NCBI GenBank assembly: GCA_030295235.1 | Contig: AP026134.1 | Span: forward strand, 1,302,001-1,355,535 | Source of the DNA: Fistulifera solaris | Lineage: Eukaryota | Length of the DNA stretch: 53,535 bases | Direction: 5' to 3' | Shown here: positions 11,577 through 23,516 of the stretch, piece by piece | How positions within the stretch are numbered: position 1 is the stretch's first letter | Layout: the number at the start of each line of letters is the position of its first letter | Notes under the pieces: generated by a model | What the model was told of the DNA's origin: nothing | Databases searched by the model: none | The model's input: only the letters and a program-made list of their open reading frames with translations | Made by a program: the position numbers and the translations under genes

Positions 11577-12335
11577 TTAGTTTCTTCCTTTTCGAGATGG
11601 GGATGAATTGCTTTTCTTCCGACGACTCGATTTTGCTTTTGTAGATGTGTCCTTGGTATCCACGGATTGCTTTTTAGATTTCCGGTGTGCATCCCTTCTT
11701 GCCGCTTCATCCCAGCGAAGCATTTCTTCTTTTGAAAAGCTTCTTTCTCTGCCAGACGCTCGAGACTCTTTTGTTCAACGCGTCGAGCTGCTTCGGCCCA
11801 TCGATCCATTTCGGCTTGTTGAAATGCAACTTGCTCGGGAGTTAGTTCACGTGGTTTCGCTGTAGGAGTCACTGCAGCTACTGGTAGATAATCGACCGGG
11901 TAACTCACTGGAGGGGGAAATGGTTTGACGCCAACCACGAACGCCGACTTCGTCAGCCGGATGACCTCGTGTGACTGTTGATGCTGGTACTACTACTCGT
12001 GGTGTCGCAGGGACGGGTGGCGAAATAATCTTTTCTCGTTCCAGTGATGCAGAAGGGTCAATGAGTTCTCCACGTGCCGTAAAAGGTTCTGTTGTCGATT
12101 GCGTGCTGTCTGGTGAAGAAGAGCGACTAGCTGCTGTGGGATTACTGTCATAATTTGAATAAGTGATGCCGCTTACTGGTTCACCTGTGCGACTAATTAC
12201 ATCGGCTGGCAGGAAGTGTGAATCGGAATGGAAGATACGAGTGCTCCGCCGATTCGTTAATTGATTGGAGATAATCCAGGCGCTTGTTGTTGGCAGACAA
12301 CAGATCGCTGTGAGTGATGCCGATCGAACTTTCAT
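11577..12335 (-). CDS. Orphan putative plastid-targeted protein (SA|W); joined across 2 frameshifts
   Basis: MKVRSASLTAICCLPTTSA|WIISN..FLPADVISR. A shift at ~11935 leads into GVKPFPPP..EMDRWAEAARR; a shift at ~11730 gives EEMLRWDEAARRDAHRK, ending at TAA 11577. Confidence 0.6.
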
Positions 12336-13431
12336 TTCTGTTCTACTTCTTGGTCAGATGATTCGCTAACAATTTCTTATTCTTTTCAATGTTTCGTCCC
12401 TTATTGCATCGATTGCAGGAGATAACAAGAAGTAGATGTTATATTCTTGAGATGTTTGCCCTCTTCAGTTCAAGTCACTGTTTTTCTGCGGTTGCCTTTC
12501 CTTCTTGGCATTTTCATTTTTTTGCAGACGTCAGTGAGCACCTTGTTCGATAGTAGATACCCTTCCGGGACTGGATTTCCGGTGAGGAGTCGTCGTCGTC
12601 GTCGTCGTCGGGATACACTAATTATGAAAGGAGTCCTAGGTCCTCGCAACGCTGTTGCTTGACATTCCATTATCACTTTTTTAACAGTAACATTCAACAT
12701 CTCGAACTTGAAACGTCATGAGATTAAAGATGCAATGCGTCAAATGGCTACGTAAGATCTACGTTGGTCTAGTAGGGAAATTCATCGACGGAGGAGGACC
12801 CGGACATTCTTAAGTTTCGTCTTCATCAAGTTTCAGTTCTTCTTGCCACAATTGCCTTCGCAACTGTCCCTGATCTATTTACTTTCCATCAAACAGAAGT
12901 ACTCAACGCCAAATCAAACTTCAACATAAGAAGGTTGAAAGGTGCAACGCTTGAAATGTCTACGTGATTTTGACGTAGCCGCCGTAGGAAATAAATCGAT
13001 TTAGGATTTACCCGGATATGGCTTGTGTTTCACCTAGTCGAGGATTTTTAGGAACGGGTCAAAGAAACAACGGTACCGCGTACCTGTTAAAATGTACTAA
13101 GCAATGTTTTGCGTTAAGGTCGGGTTGAATATTTGTTCGCAGCACGCTATGTTATACTTCCTACTAAACGACTAAATAATCTGTATGCACGAACACGTCA
13201 AAGTATGGGGCATCTTTTTCATTCCTATGGTGACAATCATAAGTAACATATATTGATTCGGCTACTTAGTCATTTCCAATGGCAACAACCGAGAGAGTAC
13301 ATAGAGTTTGCCTTGTCTTTGTTCTTGCTAGTGGCCGAGGATGCCTGTGCCCATTACCAATCGTATCAACTACATACACTCTTTGTCATTCGCGTCACGG
13401 AAATTGTGTGACAGTATTTTCCATAATCATT

Positions 13432-14592
13432 TTATTCCAGCTTCTCACCATCGGAAGGTGTCTCATCGCTCCATTCTAATCCATTGAGATCAACGCCTTC
13501 GTCATCTGGCCGATGGACGAAAAAGTCGCCTTTCTTTGCTCTCCGAAGTGCATCACGTTTCGCAGCTTCCTCCCACCGTGCAAGCTCGCCGTCAATAAAA
13601 CTTTTTTTGTCCGACAACGGTTCATTTTCAAGGGCACCTTCGTTCTTAACCTCTGTCTCGCCGTCTCGCATCGACGCATTCAGTTCACTGTCAATTTCAA
13701 TTACCTCATTTTCGATAATTTCATTTTTATTTTTAGCTGTGTCTTCTGATGTTGTTGCCGAACCGCTGTCATTAATGGTCGAAAACGTTTCTTGTTGCTG
13801 GAAGAGTTCCTTTTTGGCCTGTTCGACTTGCAAATTCCTCTGCGATTTTTCTTCCGCGAACTCGGCAATATTACCGTGCAGAATATGCTGCCCGGCATCT
13901 AAAAATGACATCATTTGGTGCTCCGGATACGGAAGAGGAATGTCTGGTATCGTAGTTATGCTTGTCGTCGATACTATCGGTAAAGAATCAACCTCGAGGA
14001 CCGGAGTGTCTGGCTCTTTGGGGAGTGTCGGTGGTTGTAGTTGAGGTGTGAAAGACGGCATAATGGCTTCTGGCGGCGAAGTGCTGGGTGGAAGGGACTC
14101 GCCGGATGAAGTGGGATAGTACGGAATGCGAATTTTTGTGGATACGTCAGGATGCATCACGTTGGAATTAGAAGGCACCGGCGAAAATGATGACAACGCC
14201 GGCTTCGGAGATAGATTGCTAGAGGGTGAAGACCATGAAGGACGCCCCGGTGAAGGAGACGAAAGCGCTGACTTGCGAGATAGCATGGACCCCGGTTCAT
14301 TGTAGTACTGATTTGTTGAATATTGTTGTGACGATGAAGAAGGCACTTTTTCTGGTTTGAGTGTTGAAGACCAGGACGCCGGATAGTAGCCCGAACGATG
14401 CGTTCTAGAAAGATTCTCGAGCCATTGCGGACTACCCAAGATTTCCGGCGCCAAATCTGAGTAAAGGTCATCTTGCGCTCCCGATGCACCGAACTGTCGT
14501 GCCGTTGACGAACGTCGACTATGAGAATGCGTCACCCATGCTTCTGACACAGAAAGCAGGCATACAGAGATTGCAGAAGCTCGCAAGACCAT
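13432..14592 (-). CDS. Orphan Ser/Pro-rich putative plastid-targeted protein (EA|W)
   Basis: MVLRASAISVCLLSVSEA|WVTHSHSRRSS; HPDVSTKIRI; ELARWEEAAKRDALRR; intact 386-aa ORF. Confidence 0.8.
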   Translation of the reverse strand: MVLRASAISVCLLSVSEAWVTHSHSRRSSTARQFGASGAQDDLYSDLAPEILGSPQWLENLSRTHRSGYYPASWSSTLKPEKVPSSSSQQYSTNQYYNEPGSMLSRKSALSSPSPGRPSWSSPSSNLSPKPALSSFSPVPSNSNVMHPDVSTKIRIPYYPTSSGESLPPSTSPPEAIMPSFTPQLQPPTLPKEPDTPVLEVDSLPIVSTTSITTIPDIPLPYPEHQMMSFLDAGQHILHGNIAEFAEEKSQRNLQVEQAKKELFQQQETFSTINDSGSATTSEDTAKNKNEIIENEVIEIDSELNASMRDGETEVKNEGALENEPLSDKKSFIDGELARWEEAAKRDALRRAKKGDFFVHRPDDEGVDLNGLEWSDETPSDGEKLE

Positions 14593-14943
14593 TGTTTTTC
14601 AGTTCCTAAGATAGCAGGAATAAACGTCGTTCTCAAGCGAATCGTACTGTGAACGAAGTGTCTTTCAATTTGCTGTGATAGAGGCGACAATGAAGACAAG
14701 ATGAGAGCGTTCCGATTTCTTCTGATTGCCAAAGATACCGTTCTTTCGATGTTGCACGAGTTTTCGAATCGAAACAAGTCAGGTTGCGAGAGATAAAGCT
14801 CGCCGAGCCAAGATCTCCGTTACAAACAATACGATAGATACACTTTTGTTCTGAAATCAACAGAAGCAAAGAAAAAAGGAAAGAGCCGCCGTTTTCCCTG
14901 CGTCCTTGCGCGCGCGCCATGTGCTCTCATGACAGCTGTTGTA

Positions 14944-15039
14944 TTACGTCATTGCCACGTCACATGCAATGGCTCGAGTAAGGACCAAAGAGAAGGAAGA
15001 GAGGGTGCGACTTGAACTTCACTGCCGAACTGCACGTCA
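14944..15039. promoter_or_regulatory. ACGTCA elements upstream of the gene starting at 14592
   Basis: TTACGTCAT at 14944, CCACGTCA at 14955, ACGTCA at 15034. Confidence 0.4.
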
Positions 15040-15507
15040 GGAGTCAGGACTCCTCCGGACGTAGACACCAAACAGTTCCTGATTAGTACAAGTACATTCT
15101 ACTATCCCATTTCTTCGAATTGGGTTGTGAGATTTCAGGCTACTGTGGCTATGGAGCTAGGGACGGGTATTAGTATTAGTTCCACCTGGGCTTGGTAAGT
15201 CTCTCCGACAATCGCATCTACCTAGATGGACCAAATGAAAAATACATAAAAGCAAATCAAAAAAGAATGTGGGGTATCTCGTTAGACTCTCTCCTGTCTT
15301 TCACGGCAGTTACAACGAAAAATTTATAGATACCATGCATTACCATTATACTGCTCAATGAATAATAAGAATAGTGATAATATAATTGCACGTTCCCATC
15401 TGAGAGACTGTTGTCGCTGTGATTCTTCGGAATCGATGTCAATCGCTGTCTTCGCAAGAAACTTGCAGAATATTGAAGCACAAGTTAATTGTAGAACAAA
15501 CCTCGTC

Positions 15508-18144
15508 TTATTCGTTCTTGCTTTCCTTGGCCTTTTTCTTCGCCAATTCAGCCAGCCCGTTGCCATCGTCGACGATTTCTGCGTCAATTATGCCGTTTAT
15601 TGACTTGCCCTTTAATAAAGCCTCTTTTTTCTTTTTGATCTCCTCTAACTTCGCCTTCTGCTTTTGAAGAGCTGCTTCGGCTTCTTTCTTTATTTCTGCT
15701 TCTTCGCGAGCTATTTCCGCCAAGATTGCGGCTTCTTTCTCGGCCGCTTCCTTCCTTATGCGCGCTTCTGCTTGAAGTCTTGCCGCCTCTTTCAAAGCAG
15801 TATCAATTTTATTTTTACTGTCATCTGTAACGCCCTCCGCCGTTTCCTTCGTTTCGGGTTCGTTGTCTGTCTTTTTCTGTTTCGCCTTTTCCGCCCAACG
15901 AGCTTGTTCTGCTAGTCGCTCTTCCTCAGCTTTGCGCGCTTCTTCTGCCCATCGAGCTTGTTCCGCTTTACGCGCTTCTTCGGCTTTCTTTGATTCTTTC
16001 AACCATCGAGCCTGTTCCGCTTGTCGAGCCTCTTCGGCTTTGCGAGATTCTTCTGCCCAACGAAGTTGCTCCGCTTGGCGGGCTTCCTCTGCTTTTCGGG
16101 CTTCTTCCAGCCAACGTGCATGTTCTGCTTTGCGTGCTTCTTCTGCCCAACGAGCTTGTTCAGCTATTCGATTCTCCTCTGCTTTCCGAGCCTCTTTTTC
16201 CATGCGGGCTATTTCTGCGAGACGGGCTTCTTCTGCTCTACGGGCCTGTTCGACAAGTCGCGCTTCTTCAGCTTTTCGTGCTTCTTCTGCTAAGCGGGCT
16301 TCCTCTGCTAGTCGTGCTTGCTCGGCAGTTTTCCGAGCCTCTTCGGCGAGTCGGGCGTCTTCGGCCAAACGAGCTACTTCTGATAGGCGAGCTTCCTCTG
16401 CTAAACGGGCCTGCATAATTCTGCGCTCTTCTTCAGCTTTTCTGGTCTCTTCCGCAAGTCGCATTTCCTCGGCGATACGAGCCTCCTCAGCCAAACGCGC
16501 TTGTTCAGCCAATCTTGCTTCTTCTGCTAACTGGGCTTCCTCTGCAAGTCGTGCTTGCTCCGCCAAACGAGCTTCTTCCGCTATACGTGCCTCTTCCGCC
16601 AATCGAGCTTCTTCCGCTTTACGCGCCTCTTCCGCCAATCGAGCTTCTTCCGCTTTACGCGCCTCTTCCGCCAATCGTGCTTCTTCCGCTTTACGTGCCT
16701 CTTCCGCTAAACGTGCTTCTTCCGCTAAACGTGCCTCTTCCGCCAATCGCGCTTCTTCCGCTAAACGTGCCTCTTCCGCCAATCGAGCTTCTTCCGCTTT
16801 ACGCGCCTCTTCCGCCAATCGTGCTTCTTCCGCTTTACGTGCCTCTTCCGCCAAACGTGCTTCTTCCGCTAAACGAGCTTCTTCGGCAATTTGTGCTTCC
16901 TCTGCTTTGCGAGCCTCTTCTGCGAGACGTGCTTCCTCGAGACGAAGTGCCTCTTCTTCTTTCCGCGCTTTCTCCACGAGTTGTCTTGCCTCCTGTTCTG
17001 CTTTCTGGAGCTCCTCGTACTGCTTCTGAGCAAGTTTCGCAGCTTCTATGGCCTTTAACGTAGCCTGGTGCGCCGCCTCAGCCGCTTCGGCAGCTTTTTT
17101 TGCAGCTTCCGCCTCCTTTGTGGATTTTGTACTAGCCAATTTTGCAGCCGCTGACATTTTTGACTGAATCGTCTCAGCACCATTTATCGACCCCTTGATG
17201 ATTTTGGAAGTAATTCGAATCTCGTCTTCGACATTCTTGCCAATGTAGTCATCGTACTGATCCGGGCTTGCAGCTGGCCATTTCCCGGTCCCCGTAGGCT
17301 TTGATGCAATCAAGGGCTTATTTCCCGGCATATCCGGTGCTCCCAAGGCCTCACTCCCCAACTGTCGTACCCAAGTTTGACGCGGAGCAGGTGGAGGCTG
17401 AACACGAATTTTGTTCATGACATCTGGTTGAATGTCATCTGCAGGGGTTGCTGTGGAATAAGACCAGCTAGACGTCCACACACTTTTTCCCATGTTTTTA
17501 CGACTCTCCATGTATTGTTCTCTAGCAGCTTCGGCAGCTGCATCACTGTCGAGTGCATCCGTGCCCAATTCGTTGACCCAGGTTTTCTTCCTAGGTTTTT
17601 CTTCAGCAATTCGAATACCTTTGGTGATATCCGTTCCAATTTCGTCGTCGTTGTGTGATTTTGTATGCCATGAGCTTGACCAAACCGTTTTTGGCTCTGT
17701 TTTCGTTCGAATCACACCTTGTTCGTCGACTTTATACGATTGTGTCGGTGTCGAGGGCGCAGGCTGATCAAACTTCCCTGGTACTTGTTGAGTGATGCGT
17801 ATTTTATTGAGAACTTCTGAGCTGAATTCATTATCAAAGGAGGAACTGGACGGCGTCGGTAGAGGCTTGATTGGCGCCCCATTCTTTGGCTTTGAGTTTT
17901 CTTCTGTACTCGAATCAATTCGAATACTCCTAAGATTCTCTTTACTAATGTAATCTTTATCATTTGAAGAGGCTGACCACGATGCTCTCGGCGATTCCTG
18001 ATGCAAAAGAGCACGCGTTAAAGGCTTTGTATTCGTCGGACGTTGCAGCGAAGCAGGAATAAAAGCAGCTGCTCCTGTGAAAGCTTGACTGGAAGCGAGT
18101 AGTGCAGCAACAACAGCAGCCGAGTATTTGAATGAAAGTCCCAT
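15508..18144 (-). CDS. Orphan putative plastid-targeted protein with N-terminal xDxxxxIRI repeats and a long (AEEAR[LK])n helix
   Basis: MGLSFKYSAAVVAALLASSQA|FTGAAA|FIP from ATG 18144; intact ORF. Confidence 0.82.
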   Translation of the reverse strand: MGLSFKYSAAVVAALLASSQAFTGAAAFIPASLQRPTNTKPLTRALLHQESPRASWSASSNDKDYISKENLRSIRIDSSTEENSKPKNGAPIKPLPTPSSSSFDNEFSSEVLNKIRITQQVPGKFDQPAPSTPTQSYKVDEQGVIRTKTEPKTVWSSSWHTKSHNDDEIGTDITKGIRIAEEKPRKKTWVNELGTDALDSDAAAEAAREQYMESRKNMGKSVWTSSWSYSTATPADDIQPDVMNKIRVQPPPAPRQTWVRQLGSEALGAPDMPGNKPLIASKPTGTGKWPAASPDQYDDYIGKNVEDEIRITSKIIKGSINGAETIQSKMSAAAKLASTKSTKEAEAAKKAAEAAEAAHQATLKAIEAAKLAQKQYEELQKAEQEARQLVEKARKEEEALRLEEARLAEEARKAEEAQIAEEARLAEEARLAEEARKAEEARLAEEARKAEEARLAEEARLAEEARLAEEARLAEEARLAEEARKAEEARLAEEARKAEEARLAEEARKAEEARLAEEARIAEEARLAEQARLAEEAQLAEEARLAEQARLAEEARIAEEMRLAEETRKAEEERRIMQARLAEEARLSEVARLAEDARLAEEARKTAEQARLAEEARLAEEARKAEEARLVEQARRAEEARLAEIARMEKEARKAEENRIAEQARWAEEARKAEHARWLEEARKAEEARQAEQLRWAEESRKAEEARQAEQARWLKESKKAEEARKAEQARWAEEARKAEEERLAEQARWAEKAKQKKTDNEPETKETAEGVTDDSKNKIDTALKEAARLQAEARIRKEAAEKEAAILAEIAREEAEIKKEAEAALQKQKAKLEEIKKKKEALLKGKSINGIIDAEIVDDGNGLAELAKKKAKESKNE
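15880..16960 (-). repeat. Coding 18-bp tandem repeat encoding AEEAR[L/K/I], shifting to AEQARW toward the C-terminus
   Basis: Tandem units such as gcctcttccgccaatcga / gcttcttccgctttacgc on the + strand. Confidence 0.92.
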
Positions 18145-18488
18145 TTTGCACTTGCTACGCTGTTTCTGCTTATTTGATCTTATGAATCTCAAAGAGAAGA
18201 GCAGCGTCAATTCCAATTATCGTAAAGTGATATTTATTTGCTTTAAAGCGGAACATCAACAACGTTCGGTGGTTGTGATGTTCGGGTGTCGCGGCGAGAA
18301 ATTTGAAGCTTGAAGCGAAGACAACCTTTACGCTGCGACATTGCGGTTCGCTGAATCCACGAAAAGGCTTGATTACATAGGAACTTTTCCTCTATCTATC
18401 CATGTATTATGGAAACTGTTACATTCCACAGATGCACTCTACTATCGACGCTGGTAGATAAATCATACTCTCTGCGAGATACTAATTA

Positions 18489-18500
18489 TGACGTACGTCA
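18489..18500. promoter_or_regulatory. 12-bp perfect palindrome TGACGTACGTCA (two inverted TGACGT half-sites)
   Basis: Seen directly in the divergent intergenic region between the 18144(-) gene and UBA3. Confidence 0.4.
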
Positions 18501-18618
18501 CTTCTTGGCTGTGTTTTACTCGTGACTTGACTCGTGACACAGTGATTAGTGAGTGAATAGTCCGTCTGTCGGACATTGCATGGGGCACGCATTTTTTGTT
18601 GGCCTTTTTTCGACAATA

Positions 18619-18709
18619 TGAAATATATGTGAATGAAAAGTGGAAAATTCAGTCGAATGTCAAGATTAGATTCTGACGATTAAAAAATTAGGAATAAAAT
18701 ATATATGTG
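18619..18709 (+). repeat. ~91-bp dispersed repeat, copy of 5634-5725 (putative retroelement 3' end)
   Basis: tgaaatatatgtgaatgaaaagtgg...ataaaatatatatgtg is identical to 5634-5725 except for one A in a poly-A run. Confidence 0.9.
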
Positions 18710-18886
18710 GAAAAATTTCGAACGCAAAAAAAAAATACTTTGTACTGTACCTGGTAAACCTTACAAGCAAAATTAAATAATGCTCCTCATTCCTATTGAA
18801 AACAACATAAGCATCATTATTCGTAGTTGCTTTGTATACCTTCTTGTTTTTTGCAAATTGCCTTACTATTATTTAAATATAAACAC

Positions 18887-20363
18887 ATGAGTGAAACTGG
18901 GATGGTGAAGCGCCCATTGGAATCGGATGATATGGTAAGAAGTGAAAGAATAAGATCGTGTATAAATTCTTGAAAGATGCTGCGTGACTTGTACTCAAAT
19001 GCATGAATAAGTTACCTTTTCTAACCTTCTTTACCTTCATTCTCGCAAATAAACATAATTTTAGATCATAGACTCGTTAGATCAACAGCAGCGCATTAGT
19101 TTAAACACTTTATTGTCCCGTCCTTCGGAATTTGGCAACGAAACGGGTCCTCTCGCGTGCGGTGAATTTGATCCTTCTATTTCTCTGCAATTGAAAAAGG
19201 TTCTTGTCGTCGGAGCAGGAGGTCTCGGGTGTGAAATACTCAAAGACTTGGCTCTCAGTAGCATTCCCTTGAATGTTCACGTCATTGATTTGGATACCAT
19301 TGACGTGACAAATTTGAATCGACAATTTTTGTTTCGTCAAAAAGACGTTGGAAAGAGTAAAGCAGAAACCGCAGCAGCTTTCATTCAACAGCGTTGTCCG
19401 TGGATTCAAGTCACGCCGCATGTTGGAAAGATTCAGGAGAAAAACTTGGATTTCTATCGACAATTCGATGTTGTTATTTCGGGTCTCGACAATATCGAAG
19501 CGCGACGTTGGTTGAATGCAACGATAGTAGGACTCGTTGATACCGATGACGACGGAGATATAGATCCATCTACCATTATTCCCATTGTGGATGGAGGTAC
19601 GGAAGGATTCAGTGGCCAAGCGCGTTTGATATTGCCCAAAATTACATCGTGTTTCGAATGCACGATCGACAGCTTCCCGCCGCCACGTGCATTTCCTCTT
19701 TGTACCATTGCGGAAACACCCCGACGGCCGGAACATTGCATTGCATATGCGTATATTCTACAGTTCCCGCGTGAATTTCCCGACACGGTCCTGGACAAGG
19801 ACAGTCCCGAACACTTGCAGTGGATTTATCAGCAAGCGGCAAAACGAGCCGAACACTACGGTATCACAGGTGTGACCTACATGATGACTATGGGTGTCGT
19901 CAAGAACATCATTCCTGCGGTCGCAAGTACCAACGCTATTATTGCTGCAGCATGTGTCAATGAAGCCATCAAGTACTTGACATTCTTTAGTCAAAACATG
20001 AACTCTTACATGATGTACATGGGAGCGCAGAGCATTCATTCGCACACATTTGCCTACGAGCCATCGGAAGACTGTCCTGTCTGCTCCGCTTCGGTCCGCA
20101 AAATGACAGTTCCTGCTAGCATCACATTGAATCAATTCATTCAAGCGCATCTCAAGGACAGCTCTTTGCGTATGTCGTCTCCCAGCTTGGTTTCGCCTAG
20201 TCAAACGTTGTATATGGCCAAGCCAGCGGCACTGGAATTGGCCACCCGACCTAATCTCGACAAGTTGCTGAGTACTCTCATTCAACCCGGCGAAGAAATC
20301 ACAGTCACCGATCCGACGTTGCATGGCATTCATGTTGGTCTGGCCATTACATTTGAAAACTAG
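18887..20363 (+). CDS. UBA3: NEDD8-activating enzyme E1 catalytic subunit, 2 exons (18887-18934, 19065-20363)
   Basis: VLVVGAGGLGCE, DLDTIDVTNLNRQFLFR, DGGTEGFSGQAR, catalytic FPLCTIAETPRRPEHC, VKNIIPAVASTNA. The GTAAGA...TTAG intron is in phase 0. Confidence 0.95.
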
Positions 20364-21715
20364 AAAGAATTTTTTTGCAATGTTAACTGTTGCAGTAGGA
20401 AGTTCGACAAACCATCTGCTGTTTACACACGGAGAATCGAATGTTGCCGGATGTACTTGTAGGATTGACGTTGAAATGTAACGAGTAGTTTTATACGCTA
20501 CATTCGGCTCTAAAGATTATAATAAAACTATGGAGAAGGAAAATTACCCGACGAAGCATCAAATGATCACGGAATGATGCCTGTCTGATACAATTTGGAA
20601 AAACCGTTGATTGTGTCACATTTTCACTTCACAGGATGCTTTTAAAACAAGTTGACAAAGTATAATATATGCCTCATAAAGTATCTGTTTGCAGGGGCAA
20701 AAGCGTGGCCTGTCAAAAGGAAAGCAGCACAGCTTTGTGAGAAGAAATAATGTATGCTTCGTAACTGTCCAGTGCGCGAATTGCCTTTATCAGACCAGGT
20801 ATATCGAAAAGCATGATTTGAATTTGTATACGGAACGGCGTGGAATCTAGAAAACAATGCATGTGCCTCGTCAAACGAGGTCTCCCTGTCTCTTTAGGCC
20901 TCTCACATCATACAATGTGATATAACCATTATATATTTCGTTCCAAATTGCTGAGACAAGCACCAAAATTCACTCTTACCGATCTCGCTCTGTTGCCATT
21001 ATCCTTGTCGCTTCACGTTCGCACTCGCACCTTGTCCAGCACCTCCAGAGGCATATTTCGAATCATCTCGATATCCTAACTGTTTGCGTAATTTTACCTT
21101 ACGCAGCTGAAACCATCTTCGCAAGTCTACTGCACTCGGGCTGCAGATTACTATACGCAAGGTTGTTAAGGTCACAATCAACAGCAGTGGCCACCAAGAT
21201 CCTTCGGAAGATGTCATTGTGGGGACACTCTTTGTATTCGAATGATCGAAATGATGATAGAGTTGTTTAATTTTACAGAATGAACAAAGGTACCTGGTAG
21301 CAGATTTTTCATTTCGTTGTTCATCATCATCAGCTTGACTTGCCTTATCGCTTCACAAAGGATAAGGGTGCAACGGGTTGTTCTACAGCGCGCGGCACGC
21401 CGACCCACGTCACCTCACTTTTCCTAAGTAAATTGTTATTACGTCGGTTTCAAGTTAAGGACTATAGAGACAGTTCTTGTGAGCGCGCCAGGCGGACACT
21501 AAAGCGACATGAGGTTACTAATTAAGAGATAGAAACGCGCCGACACCCCCACAAACCATTCATCGATCGTCGAGCGATGGTCGACACAAAATCAATGAGA
21601 AAAAACTTCGGCTCATCTCTGCTGTTTCTCATTCTCTGACCAACAAAGAAAGGAAAAGACGCGAAACAAGAACTGTACTTCCATTGTCAATCTTTCAACT
21701 GAAAAAATAGAAATA

Positions 21716-23142
21716 ATGTACATCCGAAAGTTCGCGTTCCTGCTTCTAAGTGCATCGAGCACCTCGGCTGCGTTTGTAGTGAGTCAACCCTCATTCGCCG
21801 ATTCTTCACGTACATCGACAGCACAAAACATGTACACCGATGGTTTCCTTATGCCCCAGGATGTCATCTCTTGGAGAGATCAGCAAACTACGTCGTGCTA
21901 TACTGCTCCTGTGTATGCCGATCCGAACAACTCTGTGCGTGCACCTCCCTCACCGTGGCCTGAATCGCGCGGCGATCGGCCAACCCCTGCATTCTTTGAA
22001 GAAACAAAGAAACAAGAGGACAGAAAGATCCAAATGTTTGACTATTGGATGCAACCTTCATCTTACATGGAAGAGCTGAAGAATTCTGGCCGAAGATCTG
22101 AGTCACAATGGACTCCAGATGCCACGCCTCCGTTCTTTACAACTGGTTCTTTGAGCACGCCCGAGTCTCGATGGGCACGTGTGGATCCGGGCTTTACGCA
22201 ATCCACTCCTTCGTTTAATCAGTACACATCTTCTTCTTACGCTACTGGGCGATGGACTTCGATTTATGAATCAGATGCGATGAAATACCGTCAGATGCAC
22301 AATTACATGGATGTTGAGGTTCAACAAGCACCTCAAGAGGCCGTCGTGCCCGTACCTGTCATTGAGGAAACACCTATCGCTTTGAATGAGCCGGATATTC
22401 GAGTGGAACAAACAACGGTAGAAGAAGTGTCTGCTTCAGTCAGCGAACCAGAACCAGTCTACCTTTCCGAGCCATTTCTGGAACAAATCACGGCACCGTG
22501 GAGCCAGCCAGATCCTGCGGTCGAGACGGGCGCTATTATTGAGGATATAGTAATGGAAATGCCCAGTTCAGAGCCAGTGAGTGCGATCTCAAAGGATCTT
22601 GCTGAAAAGATATCTGCGTACGAGAAAAAGATTGAAGAAATGCGAGAAGTCGAAGCGGAGTTTGTTGATATTTTGAACCAGTCACGCAGTCGCTACGTCA
22701 ATGACTTGAATGACATATTAACAGTCGAATCTAGTTCGGATTACGTCGAAGAAGAAGAGTCCACAAGTGAGACCCAAAAGAAGGCGCACAACTATCTAGC
22801 GGCGTGGAAGAGCATCCTGGTGCGGAGACTTCCGTTGATACGGCTGCCACAACCACTGCCAGCTACACCAATTCCATCGATGTCTTGGAAGCAGAACTAG
22901 GCGACGAGATCATGAGTACAATCCGTCGTGAATCTCATGTTAACACACCAGATGCTTACTTGAGCGCGGGGTCGAGCATGTACCAAAGCAGCTATTATGG
23001 TAGCCCAGGCCCGCAATATTCCACTGCAGGACGATCGGGTCCCAACGTTTACCATAATGCCTATCGAAACGCGGCACCCCATTACTCAAACGCGTACGAT
23101 CGCCCTCTGAGCGAACGAAATCACTGGGACCGTATCTATTAA
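21716..23142 (+). CDS. Orphan putative plastid-targeted protein (AA|F); one frameshift at ~22800
   Basis: MYIRKFAFLLLSASSTSAA|FVVSQP; FLMPQDVISW; ORF 21716-22900 overlaps ORF 22804-23142 (LGDEIMSTIRR, Tyr-rich tail). Confidence 0.7.
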
Positions 23143-23516
23143 GAGGTAGCTCGTTGCAACAGCATTTATCATCATCGCACCACGAACTCGGACGCAGGCT
23201 GCACCCCTTCTTCAATCTAGCCGTCTAGTATAATCATCAAAGCGCACGTATATATTGATTCCTGATCTACAAATACCAGTAACTTTATTAGTAGTTATAC
23301 CGGAGTAAGTTCTAGGAGATCTTTGGTGACACCGGTATAACGCGGGCCCTAAACGGGAAGCTCTGAATGTAACACAAAAAAGTTGCGACCTGTTGCGAGT
23401 GCGACGCATTGATGTATTTTTTATATTTTTATCGGATGCATTGAAGATTCTCATTTTCCATCGTACTACAACTAGCTCATTGTAACTCATCTTCTCCTTT
23501 TTCCACTTGACGAAAG

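Noticed and set aside
12589..12610. (GTC)7 microsatellite and the short poly-Arg ORFs over it
   Set aside because: Ordinary microsatellite in an intergenic region.
15880..16960. Similarity to bacterial TolA-like or other alanine/glutamate-rich proteins, suggesting HGT
   Set aside because: Compositional low-complexity similarity only; the gene has a eukaryotic bipartite presequence.
15863..17063. Long + strand ORFs (RASSA)n and (LLPL)n
   Set aside because: Antisense shadows of the AEEAR coding repeat.
20450..21410. Possible small multi-exon gene on the minus strand
   Set aside because: Only short ORFs; I could not build a consistent splice model or recognise a motif.
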